This document shows, one piece after another, positions 1 to 9,953 of a DNA stretch of 64,000 bases; the stretch's first letter is position 1, and every line of letters starts with the position of its first letter. The DNA is from Deltaproteobacteria bacterium. Lineage in GTDB: Bacteria > Myxococcota > Kuafuiibacteriia > Kuafuiibacteriales > Kuafuiibacteriaceae. The position numbers and the translations under genes are program-made. The DNA lies in contig JAVJQW010000023.1 of assembly GCA_040218735.1 (NCBI GenBank), positions 672,001-736,000 of the forward strand, given 5' to 3'. Under the pieces are notes generated by a model. It saw nothing but the letters and a program-made list of their open reading frames with translations. It was not told the origin of the DNA and did not search any database.

Positions 1-961
1 ACTCCGCGAGCGCCTCGCTCACGTCGTTGGCGAACTCGTTGCGGAAGGCCTCGGCCTCGGGCGAAGCGCTCGCGGCCGAGAACCCGTCGAGGATGGTCGC
101 GCCCGACACGTCGTCGGTGTGGGCCGGGGCGTCGAGGCGAACCTCCGACTGGTCCATGTGTTTCACGACCTCCTCGAGGTCGGCTTGCTTCACGTTCAGG
201 CGCTCCGCGAGGAGCTTCGGCCCGGGCTCGATGCCCTGCGCACGCAGCTTCGCGCGCTCGCGGGCGAGCTGGAAGAACAGCTTCCGCCCCACGCGTGTGC
301 GCGAGATCCGCACCGTGCGCGAGTGCTCGAGCAGGTACCGGAGCATGTACGCGCGGATCCAGAAGGTCGCGTACGTAGAGAACTTCGCGCCCTTGAACGG
401 GTCGAACCGGTCGACCGCCTCCACCAACCCGACGTTCCCCTCCTGGATGAGGTCCAACACACTCGCCCACGCGCGGCGGTACTTGTAGGCCATCTTCACG
501 ACGAGGCGCAGGTTGTGAACGACGAGCTTGCGGGCCGCGACCGGGTCCTGCCGCTCGTAGTAGGCCATCGTCAGCTCGCGCTCCTCCTCGGGGTTGAGGA
601 CGGGGTACTTGCCGACCTGCGCGAGGAACGCGTCGAGCGCGCTCGCGCGATCCCGGGCGCGGACGGCCGGAACACTCGCTGCCGTCGTCGTGACGGCACG
701 CGACGGGAGCGAGGGCGTGGTCCCGACGTCGACGACGACGTCGGAGTCATCGTTGTCGTCGTCGGAGCTATCGGAGGCCGACGAAGCGGAAGAGTCGTCC
801 TCCGACCGCGTCTTCTTGACGGCCTTCGCCTTCGCGCGGCGCTTCCGAGGCGGCGGTGGAGCGGGGTTCGGGGCGGACGGCCCCGAGTCGTCACTCGCGG
901 CCGGCGCATGGGCGGTCGCGCCCTCGTCCTCGACGGGCGGATTCTTGGAGTCCTCGGCCAC
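1..961 (-). CDS. RNA polymerase sigma factor, sigma-70 family, RpoH/sigma-32-like (3' end runs off the window)
   Basis: Not in the ORF track; translated by hand from GTG at 961. Region 1.2 LDAFLAQVGKYPVLNPEEEREL; region 2 LVVHNLRLVVKMAYKY..LDLIQEGNVGLVEAVDRFDPFKGAKFSTYATFWIRAY; RpoH-box-like RKLFFQL. Acidic low-complexity N-terminus. Confidence 0.9.
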   Translation of the reverse strand, partial: MAEDSKNPPVEDEGATAHAPAASDDSGPSAPNPAPPPPRKRRAKAKAVKKTRSEDDSSASSASDSSDDDNDDSDVVVDVGTTPSLPSRAVTTTAASVPAVRARDRASALDAFLAQVGKYPVLNPEEERELTMAYYERQDPVAARKLVVHNLRLVVKMAYKYRRAWASVLDLIQEGNVGLVEAVDRFDPFKGAKFSTYATFWIRAYMLRYLLEHSRTVRISRTRVGRKLFFQLARERAKLRAQGIEPGPKLLAERLNVKQADLEEVVKHMDQSEVRLDAPAHTDDVSGATILDGFSAASASPEAEAFRNEFANDVSEALAE

Positions 962-1011
962 TCGGGCCCTACTCAAGTGCCTGAACCGACCAGCGTCAAG
1001 CCAAGGTGTCC

Positions 1012-4000
1012 TCAGGGGAGGAACGAGACCATCGCCTGCTCGGGGAACCCGTCCGGACGCGGCGGACGCGGGCGCCCGTCACAGTTCGGGGAGCACCCCA
1101 GCGCCTCGATCCCGCGGTCGCCCGGGCCGTCCTCGATGCCCGCGGACCCGCTGAGCGCCGACGGCACCTGGCCTTCGGTCTCGGAGTCCGCGTAACGGAA
1201 CTGGATCTCGCCGGTCTCGTAGAGCGCGATCTGGAAGGTCAGGCGCCGGTGGCGGTTCGAGAAGTGGTTCTGCGGCCGAATGTCGCGCCACTGCACCACG
1301 ACCACGCGGCTCGGCGCCGTCCCCTGGACCTCCCAGCTGATGTCCGCCCCGCCCGGGATGCTGTCGTCCAGGTACAGGTCGTCCCACCAGGCCGCGATGA
1401 CGCCGTCCGGCGTGTCGGTGGACGGGATGGCGTCGTTCTCCCAGCTGTCGCCGGGGGTGATCGGCGACATCGACAAGAAGCCGTTCACGCTGACGTAGAC
1501 CTCCGTGGCCGGCACGTCCCAGTAGTTGAACGTGAACGGCAGCGTGACGACCGCCGTGCCGTCGTCGAACGGATCCTGGCCGCCGGTGAACGTGAGCGTC
1601 GACCCGTTCGTGAGCGGGACGTACGCCTGCGAGACGAGGCCCTGGGAGACGTAGAAGCGGCACGTCGCCGGGCAGCCGTCGCCGCCCACGGTGTTGCCGT
1701 CGTCGCACTCCTCGACGCCGATCTGAATCACGCCGTCGCCGCACGCCGCCGCGGCGCAGTTCGGCAGGCACGCGTCGGTGCTGACGAGGTTGCCGTCGTC
1801 GCACGCTTCCGTGCCGACCGCGACGAAGCCGTCGCCGCAGACCGCGTCGAAGCAGTCGACGCAGAGGTCGTCGTCCGCGCCGTTCATGTCGTCGCACTGC
1901 TCGCCGGTGTCGACCGTGCCGTCGCCGCAGGTCGGCGAGACGCAGCGCGCGTCGTACGCGACGGTGATCGTGCCGCCCGCGGGTGCGATCGTCGGGTCGG
2001 TGAGCACGACGCGGTTCGTGACGGCCTCATACGCGAAGTCTTCGGCGCCGAGGGTCATCGCGCCGACCTGCACGCCGATCGTGGTGATCACCGGCTGCGT
2101 CGACAGCGCCACCGACGAGCCGCCGAGGATGCTCGCCATCGCGGCCTGCACGTTCTCGCGCATGTTCGCGCAGTACGACAGCAGCGTGCCGCGGCTCCCG
2201 ACGCGCGCCGTGAGCTCCGCGTAACGCGCGCCGACCTGACCGATGCCGTACGGGCCGTTGCAGTCCGGCGCGACCGCGGGGCCGACGATCGACACGATGT
2301 GCAGGCGCCCCTGGCCCGCGGCGCCGCGCAGCACAGCGACGGACGTTTGGACGTTGAGGTCCGAGAAGTCGTTTTCGTCGGAGAGGATGAAGACCGCGAG
2401 GTCGGCGTCGTCGCGGAGGAATCCAGCGTTTTCGTTCTCGACGAGCGGCGAGGTCAGCGCGGCCCGCGCCGCCGCGATGCCCTGCTCGTCGCCGCTCCCC
2501 TCGATGCCCGGGACGAAGCGCGCCTCGAGCGTTCCGAGGAGATCGGTCGACATCGCGTCGAGGACCGCGGGCGACCCCTGGAAGCGACCGCTCTTCGCGC
2601 CGTCCTCCATGTCCGTGGTGACGACCGCGACGTGAACGTCGGCCTCACGCTGTTGGAACGCGTCCGTGATGATGTCCGCCGCCTCCGACAGCGCGGCCTG
2701 GGAGTCGGCCATCGAGCAGGAGTCGTCGACGACGAAGAGCACGTCCACCTTGCGCCGCCCGAGCACGATCGCGTCGGTGCGCGCCACGTCCGCGACGCCC
2801 TCGCCGGTGAGCGGCACGAGGATGGGCGTCGTCGAGCCGCTCGTGACGATGCGGAGCGCGGCGTCGCTGCGGCCGAGGTTCGACGGATCGAAGGAGACGA
2901 CGATGTCGCTCGTCTCGAAGAAGTCGAGCTGCGCGGGCACACTCGCGCTCTCGATCGCGAAGCCCGCGTTCGCAGGCACGATCGACACGTTCACCGCGGA
3001 CCCGATCCCCATGCTGACGTTCTGCATCTGCACGATCCGCGTCGCGGCCTCGGCGCAGCCCAGCGCGACATCACCGAAGTCGACGATCTCCGGCGACACC
3101 TGCAGCGGCGACGGGCCGGCGGATCCAGCCATCGCGACCTGGAGCGCAGGGGTGCCGGGGTTCGCGAACGACACGTCGAGCTCCGCCATCGCGACGCCCG
3201 GTGAGGTCGGCGCAAACGCCGCGACGAGCTCGAGCGCCTCGCCGGCCGCCACGGCGGTCCCCGGCGCGGGCAGATCGAAGACGCGGAACCCGTCGTCGGA
3301 GCCCGGGAGGAACGACACGCCGCGGAAGAGGCATGCTTCGCTGCCGGTGTTGTCGACGATGACCCGCGCCTCGCGCTGCTGACCGACGGCGGTCAGCCCG
3401 AACTCGACGGTGTCGGGGACGATCGTCGCGGAGCACGCGCCGATCATGACGGCCTCGCCGGTGAGAGCGACGTCGATCGTGGGCTGGTCCGGGTCGTTCG
3501 TGGTCAAGGTGAGCGTCCCGCTCTTCGCGCCCGCGCTCGACGGCATCAGCTGCACTTCGACCGCGCCGGACTCGCCGACGGGGATCACGAGGTCGCCCCC
3601 CGCGACGATGAACTCGGCGTTGTCGGACACGCCGCGGACGAGCGCGTCTTCGAAGCCGGTGTTGGTGCACGTGACGAACGCGGGGATCGCCGCGCCGACG
3701 CCGACCATCCCGTAGTCGATCGCCGTGGGGGTGCACGCGAGGTCGGCGCCGCCCCCGCGGCCGGTGAGCGCGGTGCGGTGCTCGGTCTCGAACGGCTCGA
3801 ACGTGAACACGACCAGCTCGCCGGTGTGGTCGCCGACGTCGTCGGGGCAGTAGACGACGCGCACGTCGAGGGTGTCGTCCGGGGCGAGCTCGACGGGGAG
3901 CGCGGGCTGCATGATCGACATCTCTTCGTCGCTGGTCGGGTCGAGCTCGACGGCGGTGATGCGCTCCGTCGCATTGCCGCGGTTCGTGCACACGACGTCG

Positions 4001-4512
4001 CGTGTGACGCAGTCGCCGGGGTTGGCGATGCCGACGTCGAAGGTCGTCGGGCAGTCGAGCCCCGAGGGCGCACCGTCCGCGAGGAGCAAGATGGGTTGCG
4101 GGCAACGCCCCGCGCACGAGTCCACGACGACCACGCCGAGCAGCGGCCCTTCCGCGACGGGCGCGACGTCGATCGTCACGGTCGCGACGCCGCCGGCCTC
4201 GAGGTCGAAGACGCCGTCCGTCTCGGGGACGTTCACGCTGCGGGTGAACTGCGCGCCCTGCGGGCCGGCGATCGGGGAGAGCGCGACGGTCACCGTGTCA
4301 TCGGCGACGTTGGTGATCGTGAGCTCCGCGAAGTCCGTGGTGCCCACGACGACGGCGCCGAGGTCGACGGTGTCGGTGCTGAGCTCGACCATGCCGACCA
4401 TCGGCGCGGCGACGCCGGCGTCACGCGGAGGCTGGAGGTCGGGCGGATCCTCGCCACTGCAGGCGACTGCGGAGAGTGATGAGGCGAGGAGGAGGAAGAG
4501 GACGCGTCGCAC
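1012..4512 (-). CDS. large surface lipoprotein: tandem Ig-like (choice-of-anchor D/ASH-like) repeats, VWA domain, Myxococcus cysteine-rich repeats, nidogen(NIDO)-like C-terminus
   Basis: Lipobox LSAVAC; repeated 'vdfG.V.vG......v.v.N.G' units; MIDAS DVLFVVDDSCSM..VVTTD..ILSDEND; three CGDG....E.CDD.N repeats; C-terminal LPFTFNYW..YVSVNGFLS..IAAWWDDL. Confidence 0.8.
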   Translation of the reverse strand: MRRVLFLLLASSLSAVACSGEDPPDLQPPRDAGVAAPMVGMVELSTDTVDLGAVVVGTTDFAELTITNVADDTVTVALSPIAGPQGAQFTRSVNVPETDGVFDLEAGGVATVTIDVAPVAEGPLLGVVVVDSCAGRCPQPILLLADGAPSGLDCPTTFDVGIANPGDCVTRDVVCTNRGNATERITAVELDPTSDEEMSIMQPALPVELAPDDTLDVRVVYCPDDVGDHTGELVVFTFEPFETEHRTALTGRGGGADLACTPTAIDYGMVGVGAAIPAFVTCTNTGFEDALVRGVSDNAEFIVAGGDLVIPVGESGAVEVQLMPSSAGAKSGTLTLTTNDPDQPTIDVALTGEAVMIGACSATIVPDTVEFGLTAVGQQREARVIVDNTGSEACLFRGVSFLPGSDDGFRVFDLPAPGTAVAAGEALELVAAFAPTSPGVAMAELDVSFANPGTPALQVAMAGSAGPSPLQVSPEIVDFGDVALGCAEAATRIVQMQNVSMGIGSAVNVSIVPANAGFAIESASVPAQLDFFETSDIVVSFDPSNLGRSDAALRIVTSGSTTPILVPLTGEGVADVARTDAIVLGRRKVDVLFVVDDSCSMADSQAALSEAADIITDAFQQREADVHVAVVTTDMEDGAKSGRFQGSPAVLDAMSTDLLGTLEARFVPGIEGSGDEQGIAAARAALTSPLVENENAGFLRDDADLAVFILSDENDFSDLNVQTSVAVLRGAAGQGRLHIVSIVGPAVAPDCNGPYGIGQVGARYAELTARVGSRGTLLSYCANMRENVQAAMASILGGSSVALSTQPVITTIGVQVGAMTLGAEDFAYEAVTNRVVLTDPTIAPAGGTITVAYDARCVSPTCGDGTVDTGEQCDDMNGADDDLCVDCFDAVCGDGFVAVGTEACDDGNLVSTDACLPNCAAAACGDGVIQIGVEECDDGNTVGGDGCPATCRFYVSQGLVSQAYVPLTNGSTLTFTGGQDPFDDGTAVVTLPFTFNYWDVPATEVYVSVNGFLSMSPITPGDSWENDAIPSTDTPDGVIAAWWDDLYLDDSIPGGADISWEVQGTAPSRVVVVQWRDIRPQNHFSNRHRRLTFQIALYETGEIQFRYADSETEGQVPSALSGSAGIEDGPGDRGIEALGCSPNCDGRPRPPRPDGFPEQAMVSFLP

Positions 4513-4562
4513 GGCGCGGTTCTAACACCGCTGCACCGCGTGGGGAATCGTTCTAGACGGGG

Positions 4563-5090
4563 TCAGAGCCCCGCGGTGAAGAGCATCGCGAGTGTGATCT
4601 TCACGTCGAACTCGACGGGCTCCTGGTCGGCCACGCCGATGATGTTCATCTCGATCGCCCCTTCTTCCTCGAAGACGATCTTGTTGAGCTCGGCCTGCTT
4701 CTCCGGGGAGAGCGTGAGGCGGAAGACGTTGTCCTGCTGGACCGGCACGCCCTCCCACTCGGCGACGCCCTGGACCCAGTCCGCGGCGCCTTCCTTACGG
4801 ACGTCCACGCCGCCGACGACCCAGGTCGCCATATTGCGCGGCGGGATGCGCGTGATCTCGACGTCGATCGAGACGATCTCGCCCTCTTGGATCTTGTCCT
4901 TGTTGTTTCGGTAGTCCTCGTTCTCGTTCGGGTCGACGAGCTCGACGCTCTCGAAGTTCGTCTGACCGTCGTCTCCGACGACCTCGGCGAGGATGGTCAC
5001 GGTGCCTTCGAAGTCCGCGGATATGAGGCCACAGCCGACGTTCGCGGAGGCGCCAGCGATCAGAACACAAGACAACAGGGCGTTACGCAT
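4563..5090 (-). CDS. hypothetical lipoprotein/secreted protein
   Basis: Signal-like MRNALLSCVLIAGASANVGC followed by an acidic beta-rich mature part; GC3-rich frame. Start uncertain (5090/5099/5123). Confidence 0.7.
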   Translation of the reverse strand: MRNALLSCVLIAGASANVGCGLISADFEGTVTILAEVVGDDGQTNFESVELVDPNENEDYRNNKDKIQEGEIVSIDVEITRIPPRNMATWVVGGVDVRKEGAADWVQGVAEWEGVPVQQDNVFRLTLSPEKQAELNKIVFEEEGAIEMNIIGVADQEPVEFDVKITLAMLFTAGL

Positions 5091-5186
5091 GACGCCCATT
5101 AGAGACGAAAGAATCGCGCCCACGCAACCCGAGAGCGACGCCGAGACACCGACATCGCTCCGAAATTCATTGAGCTAGGCGCGGTG

Positions 5187-6728
5187 TCACAACACGAGGG
5201 CGATGATCACGATGACCGCCCACGCCGCCCAGTTGATGAAGAACCCAGCCTTCGCCATCTGCGCGATGCGGATCTTGCCGGTGCCGAAGACGATCGCGTT
5301 CGGCCCCGTCGCCGCCGGCATCATGAACGCACACGAGCACGCCAGCGCGACGGGCACCACGAGCGTAGTCGGGTCCATCGCCGCCGCCTTCGCGGTCTCG
5401 GCCAGGATGGGCATGGTGATGTTCGCGAGCGCGGTGTTGCTGATGATCTCCGTCCCGAAGGTCGCCGCGAGGGCGGTCACACCCACGAACACCGAAGGTG
5501 AAGCGTCCGCCAGCCGCCCCAACGTGGCGCCGAGGTAAGCCGACAGCCCCGTCGCATCGAAGCCCTTCGAGAGCGCGACCCCTCCGCCGAAGAGCAGCAC
5601 CAGGCCCCACGGCACCTTCACCGCGACGTGCCACGGGAGGAGCCGCTCCTTCGAGCCGCCACCCGCCGGCAACGCAAACGCGATGCAGGCGACGAGGATC
5701 GCGACCGTGCCGTCGTGAGTGCCGACCAGGCCGAACAGCGACTCCCAGCCGCGCACGCCGACGCGCCCCTTGCCGAGATCGAGCCACGCCACGAGGGTGT
5801 CCCAGCCCGCGAAGTCTTCGGCGCGACCGAGCACGAAGTCCTTCCGCGTAATCCAGAGGATCGCTGCGACGCCGAACACCGCGAGCGACAGGATCTCCGG
5901 CGTGCGCCACTTGCCGAGGCGCTTCAGCTCGTCGCGGATCACGTGCGCGGCGCCGAGGTCGAGGTCCTTCGGGACCTTCGGGTACAGGCGCGTGAGCATC
6001 AGCCACATGATCGGCACGATGATCACCACCGCCGGCAACGCCTCGATCGCCCACGTCACGAACGTGAGCTGCGTGGCGCCGGGGAACTTGTCCGCGATCG
6101 CCGCCATCGCGATCAGGTTCGGGGGCGTCCCGATCGGCGTACCCATCCCGCCGATCGACGCGCCGTAACCCGTGCCGAGCAGCACGGCGATCGTGAAGGC
6201 CTGCGCGACCGGATCGTCGTCGCGCCCCGCGCGCTCCGCGATCGCGATGCCGATCGGCATCATGATCAGCGTCGTCGCGGTGTTCGAGATCCACATCGAC
6301 ATCACCGCCGCCGCGATCGCGAACCCCAGCACCAACCGACGCGGCGACGTCCCCACGATCCGCAGCACGTGGAGCGACAGGCGACGGTGCACCCCCGAGC
6401 GCTCCACCGCGAGCGCCAACAAGAAGCCGCCGAGCAGGAGCAGGATGAACGGCGACGCGTACGCGGGCGCGGTCGCCTTCGCGGTCGCGATGCCCAACAG
6501 CGGGAACGTCGCGAACGGGATCAGCGCGGTGGCGCCGAGCGGGATCGCCTCCGAGATCCACCAGATGCCGACCCACATCGTGACGCCGACGAGGCGGATC
6601 GCTTCGACGGAGAGCCCGTCCGGGCGCGGGAGGACGCCGGCCAGCAGAACGACGCCCAGGCCGGCGAGGAGGCCGGCCCAGAAACCCAGGCGTTGTGAAG
6701 GAGTGACCTCTTCGACGAGCGCGGTCAC
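5187..6728 (-). CDS. SLC13/DASS family sodium:dicarboxylate or sulfate symporter
   Basis: Many TM helices; signatures WWISEAIP, SMWISNTATT, GGMGTPIGTPPN, TEIISNTA, AFMMPAATGPNAIVF. Confidence 0.92.
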   Translation of the reverse strand: MTALVEEVTPSQRLGFWAGLLAGLGVVLLAGVLPRPDGLSVEAIRLVGVTMWVGIWWISEAIPLGATALIPFATFPLLGIATAKATAPAYASPFILLLLGGFLLALAVERSGVHRRLSLHVLRIVGTSPRRLVLGFAIAAAVMSMWISNTATTLIMMPIGIAIAERAGRDDDPVAQAFTIAVLLGTGYGASIGGMGTPIGTPPNLIAMAAIADKFPGATQLTFVTWAIEALPAVVIIVPIMWLMLTRLYPKVPKDLDLGAAHVIRDELKRLGKWRTPEILSLAVFGVAAILWITRKDFVLGRAEDFAGWDTLVAWLDLGKGRVGVRGWESLFGLVGTHDGTVAILVACIAFALPAGGGSKERLLPWHVAVKVPWGLVLLFGGGVALSKGFDATGLSAYLGATLGRLADASPSVFVGVTALAATFGTEIISNTALANITMPILAETAKAAAMDPTTLVVPVALACSCAFMMPAATGPNAIVFGTGKIRIAQMAKAGFFINWAAWAVIVIIALVL

Positions 6729-6740
6729 GAGAAGCGACGA

Positions 6741-8456
6741 CTACTCGACGAGGTTCGGGAACTTGTTCTTCAGCAGGTCGCCGAGCGTGCCGAGGCCCTT
6801 GCCCTTGCCGCTCTCCTTGCCGAGGTACCCTTCGATCTCGGCGCGCTCCTCGGCCTCGGCCGCGGCGCGGATCGACAGGCGAATCTTGCCGGACTTGGTG
6901 TCGACCTCCTGGACCACGACCTTCACCTTCTGGTTGTTGTCGAACTCCTTCTTGAGGTCGGTTCCGCGCTGCGTGCCGGTCTCGGCCGCGGGCACCAGGC
7001 CACGCGCGCCGCTCGGCAGCTTCACGAAGACACCGAAGCTCTCGATGCGATCCACCGTGCCCTCGAAGACCGTGCCCTGACGAAGCTCGTTCGCGAGCTC
7101 CTGGGGCGTCTTCACGAGCGACAGCCCGATGCGGCGCTTGCTCCAGTCGACGGTCACGACCGTGGCCTCGACCTCCTCACCTTCCTGCACGACGTCGCGC
7201 GGGTTGGCGATGCGGCGACCGAGCGCCATGTTCGAGATGTGGATCAGGCCGTCCACGCCGGGGAGGATCTCCACGAACGCGCCGAAGGTCTGGATGCGAG
7301 CCACCTTGCCCGTGACCTTCTGGCCTTCCTTGATCTGATCCTGCGCGACGGTCCACGGGTCCTGGCTGAGCGCCTTGATCGAGAGGCTGATCTTCTTCTG
7401 CGAAGGATCCTTGCCATCCTCGATGCGCAGCACCTTCGCCGCCACGGGGTCGCCGACCTTCAGCACCTCGCGCGGCTTGTGGATGTGGCCGTGCGAGATC
7501 TCCGAGAGGTGCACGAGGCCCTCGACGCCGCCGATGTCGACGAACGCGCCGTAGTCCTTCAGCGAGGTGACGGTGCCCTGAACGGTGTCGCCGGCGTTGA
7601 GCGTCGACAGAACCTTCTCGGCCTTCTTCTTGTTCTCCTCGATGAGCAACGCGCGGCGCGACACGACGATGTTGCGCCCGTTGTCCTTCATCTCGGTGAT
7701 GCGGAAGTGGAACTTGCGGCCGATGTAGTTCTCGCCCTTGCCGGGCCGGAGATCCATCTGCGACGCCGGGCAGAACGCCCGAATGCCCGCAACCTCGACG
7801 TCGAACCCGCCCTTGTTCTGGCCGGTGACGCGCCCCTCGACGGGGATGTTCGTGCGGTGCGCTTCCTTCAGCTCCTCGCGGTTCTTGAGGGACTGGTGCG
7901 GGAGGACCTTCGACAGGATGACCGTGCCGCCGTCGAACTTGCGAACGCGCGCCTCGACCTTGTCGCCTTCCTTGAGGTTGAGCTCACCGTTTTCGTCGAC
8001 GAGCTCCGACTTCGCGATGACACCTTCCGCCTTCGCGCCGATGTCGAGGAACACACTGTCGTGTGAGAAGCCGACGACCTTCGCGAACAGGACCTGACCG
8101 GGGCGGATGTTGCCACCGATCGCTTCCTTCTCCGCTTTGCGCTTCTCGGCGCTCTGCTTCTCCGCGAGCTCGAACATCTCGGCGAACGACATGTCGCCTT
8201 CCTTCGGCAGCTCGGGCGCACCGTCCGTCTTCAGCTCGGGTGCGTTCGTGTCGGGCTCGGACTCGGCGGCGGCAGCGCCGTTCGCTTCCGGCGTCGGAGC
8301 GTCTTCGCTCTTCGCCTCGGTCGCCGCGGCGACCTCGTCCGTGGCGCTCGCGACTGCGGGCGCACCCTCTTCCTTGCTCACGCCGTTGGCAGGCGCCGCG
8401 GCCTCGGGGGCTGCGGTCGTCTCTTCGGTCGTGGCTTCCTTGTTCTCGGCCATCAT
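6741..8456 (-). CDS. rpsA: 30S ribosomal protein S1-like protein (five S1 domains, acidic N-terminal extension)
   Basis: S1 repeats DIGAKAEGVI, GIRAFCPASQMD, DYGAFVDIGGVEGLVHLSEIS, FGAFVEILPGVDGLIHISNM, FGVFVKL; C-terminal GTLGDLLK. May be a paralog rather than the primary rpsA. Confidence 0.85.
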   Translation of the reverse strand: MMAENKEATTEETTAAPEAAAPANGVSKEEGAPAVASATDEVAAATEAKSEDAPTPEANGAAAAESEPDTNAPELKTDGAPELPKEGDMSFAEMFELAEKQSAEKRKAEKEAIGGNIRPGQVLFAKVVGFSHDSVFLDIGAKAEGVIAKSELVDENGELNLKEGDKVEARVRKFDGGTVILSKVLPHQSLKNREELKEAHRTNIPVEGRVTGQNKGGFDVEVAGIRAFCPASQMDLRPGKGENYIGRKFHFRITEMKDNGRNIVVSRRALLIEENKKKAEKVLSTLNAGDTVQGTVTSLKDYGAFVDIGGVEGLVHLSEISHGHIHKPREVLKVGDPVAAKVLRIEDGKDPSQKKISLSIKALSQDPWTVAQDQIKEGQKVTGKVARIQTFGAFVEILPGVDGLIHISNMALGRRIANPRDVVQEGEEVEATVVTVDWSKRRIGLSLVKTPQELANELRQGTVFEGTVDRIESFGVFVKLPSGARGLVPAAETGTQRGTDLKKEFDNNQKVKVVVQEVDTKSGKIRLSIRAAAEAEERAEIEGYLGKESGKGKGLGTLGDLLKNKFPNLVE

Positions 8457-8568
8457 TGAACTTCTTTGTAGGTCCCCTTACTGGGGGAGGCGCGTCGGTT
8501 ACATGATCCGTGCGAGCTTGTCACGCCCCACCTGACGGCGTCGCCAGGGGGCCGCCAAGCCGCCCGGA

Positions 8569-9294
8569 TCACTGGATTCGTTGGAGCACACCGCCGGCGA
8601 CCTCGACGAGGCCACCCATCGGATCCGCCACGCCGACGTCGAACTCGACGCAGTCGACGGCGATCGGCTGAAGGCCATCGTTGATGGTCAGCTCGTCGAA
8701 TCCGTAGGTGATGAACATGACGGGACGCTCACTCGCGAACAGCGACATGTTGACCCGGTAGTTCTGCTGGTTGTCGGTCGTGTCCAGGTACTTGGTCCGC
8801 AGCACGTTGAAACACGGGTTGTGCCAGTCGTTCCACGCGATCGTCGCGGGGACGTCCGCGCAGGACAGGAGCAGCCCGCCGGCCGGCTCGCGATCGACGG
8901 CCATCGTGATGATCGACTGCACGTCGGTCTCGAGGCCGGTCAGGCCGATGTTGACCACGTGGGAGTTGCCGGACGGGATCGGCGTCGGCGTCTGGCACTG
9001 GCCCGTGTAACAGAGGTCGCCGTAGTCCACTGGGCAGTCCGGGCAGTCCGCCTGCGGGTTGCGCTCGTCGCCGCAGTCACTCGACGCCACGCACTCCGGG
9101 TTGTTCTCTGGGATCGTGCAGGTCGCGAGGACGCCGCCGTCGGGCGGAGGACCACCGTCACGGAAGCCTCCATCACGGTCCATCACGTCCGTGTCGTCGT
9201 CCGAGGTATTGCCGGAGCACGCCGCGCCAGCGAGCGCGACGGTGAGGAGGGCGACGAGCCCGTTGCGGCGTCGAAACGAGAGCAGTGCTGTCAT
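8569..9294 (-). CDS. hypothetical Cys-rich lipoprotein
   Basis: Lipobox LAGAAC; RDGG repeats; Cys cluster C..C....C..CPDC..C...C. Confidence 0.7.
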   Translation of the reverse strand: MTALLSFRRRNGLVALLTVALAGAACSGNTSDDDTDVMDRDGGFRDGGPPPDGGVLATCTIPENNPECVASSDCGDERNPQADCPDCPVDYGDLCYTGQCQTPTPIPSGNSHVVNIGLTGLETDVQSIITMAVDREPAGGLLLSCADVPATIAWNDWHNPCFNVLRTKYLDTTDNQQNYRVNMSLFASERPVMFITYGFDELTINDGLQPIAVDCVEFDVGVADPMGGLVEVAGGVLQRIQ

Positions 9295-9339
9295 CGGGTT
9301 CGCGCCGATCTACCGCGACCGACGGGGGTTCGGGCAAGG

Positions 9340-9825
9340 TCAAATCATCGCATTCACGAAGTCGTCGACCAGCGCCGCCAGCCGGGCGCCGTGACCGGTC
9401 GCCTCGAGGCGGCGCGCGTCGTCGTCCGTGACCGTCAAACGCAGCGCGATCCACTCCGGCGGCGCGGCCTCCGGGATCTGGTCGATCCACTCCACGAGCG
9501 CGAAGCCGGGGGCGTGGAAGAGATCGCGATCACCGATCGCCGCGAGCTCGTCGTAGTCGCCGAGGCGGTACAGATCGAGGTGCCGGACCTGGGGATCGGT
9601 GTCGTACACCTGCGCGATCGCGAAGGTCGGGGAGGTGACGTAGAGGTCCTCGTCGGGCGCGATGCCGGCCACGAAGCCCTGCACGAAGGTCGTCTTGCCG
9701 GCGCCCAGATCTCCGATCAGGCCGATCACGACGGACTCGGGGCCGTGGGCGACGAGGTGCCGCGCGAAGGCGGCCGCCCAACGCTGCGTCGCGTCGACGT
9801 CCCGGAGCGTCCAGGTCCTCGTCAT
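9340..9825 (-). CDS. tsaE: tRNA threonylcarbamoyladenosine biosynthesis ATPase TsaE
   Basis: GDLGAGKTTF, VTSPTF, HLDLYRL, LVEW; SD GAGGAG upstream of ATG 9825; follows nnr as in the yjeF-yjeE arrangement. Confidence 0.95.
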   Translation of the reverse strand: MTRTWTLRDVDATQRWAAAFARHLVAHGPESVVIGLIGDLGAGKTTFVQGFVAGIAPDEDLYVTSPTFAIAQVYDTDPQVRHLDLYRLGDYDELAAIGDRDLFHAPGFALVEWIDQIPEAAPPEWIALRLTVTDDDARRLEATGHGARLAALVDDFVNAMI

Positions 9826-9953
9826 CGACGCCGTCTCCTCGAGGGGCCCGGCGCGACGCGGGCAGGCCGGGGGCCCGTCCCGGTGCATCGCGTGCGGACG
9901 ACGAGGCTCCCCGGGGCCCGGCGCGGAGAATGAACGCGGCCCACGATGCTCAT
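9822..9953 (-). other. 43-codon Arg-rich ORF bounded by ATGA overlaps (MIRU-like intergenic insert)
   Basis: ATG at 9953 overlaps the nnr stop (ATGA 9953-9950); TGA at 9824-9822 overlaps the tsaE ATG (ATGA 9825-9822). Translates to MSIVGRVHSPRRAPGSLVVRTRCTGTGPRPARVAPGPSRRRRR. Confidence 0.45.
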
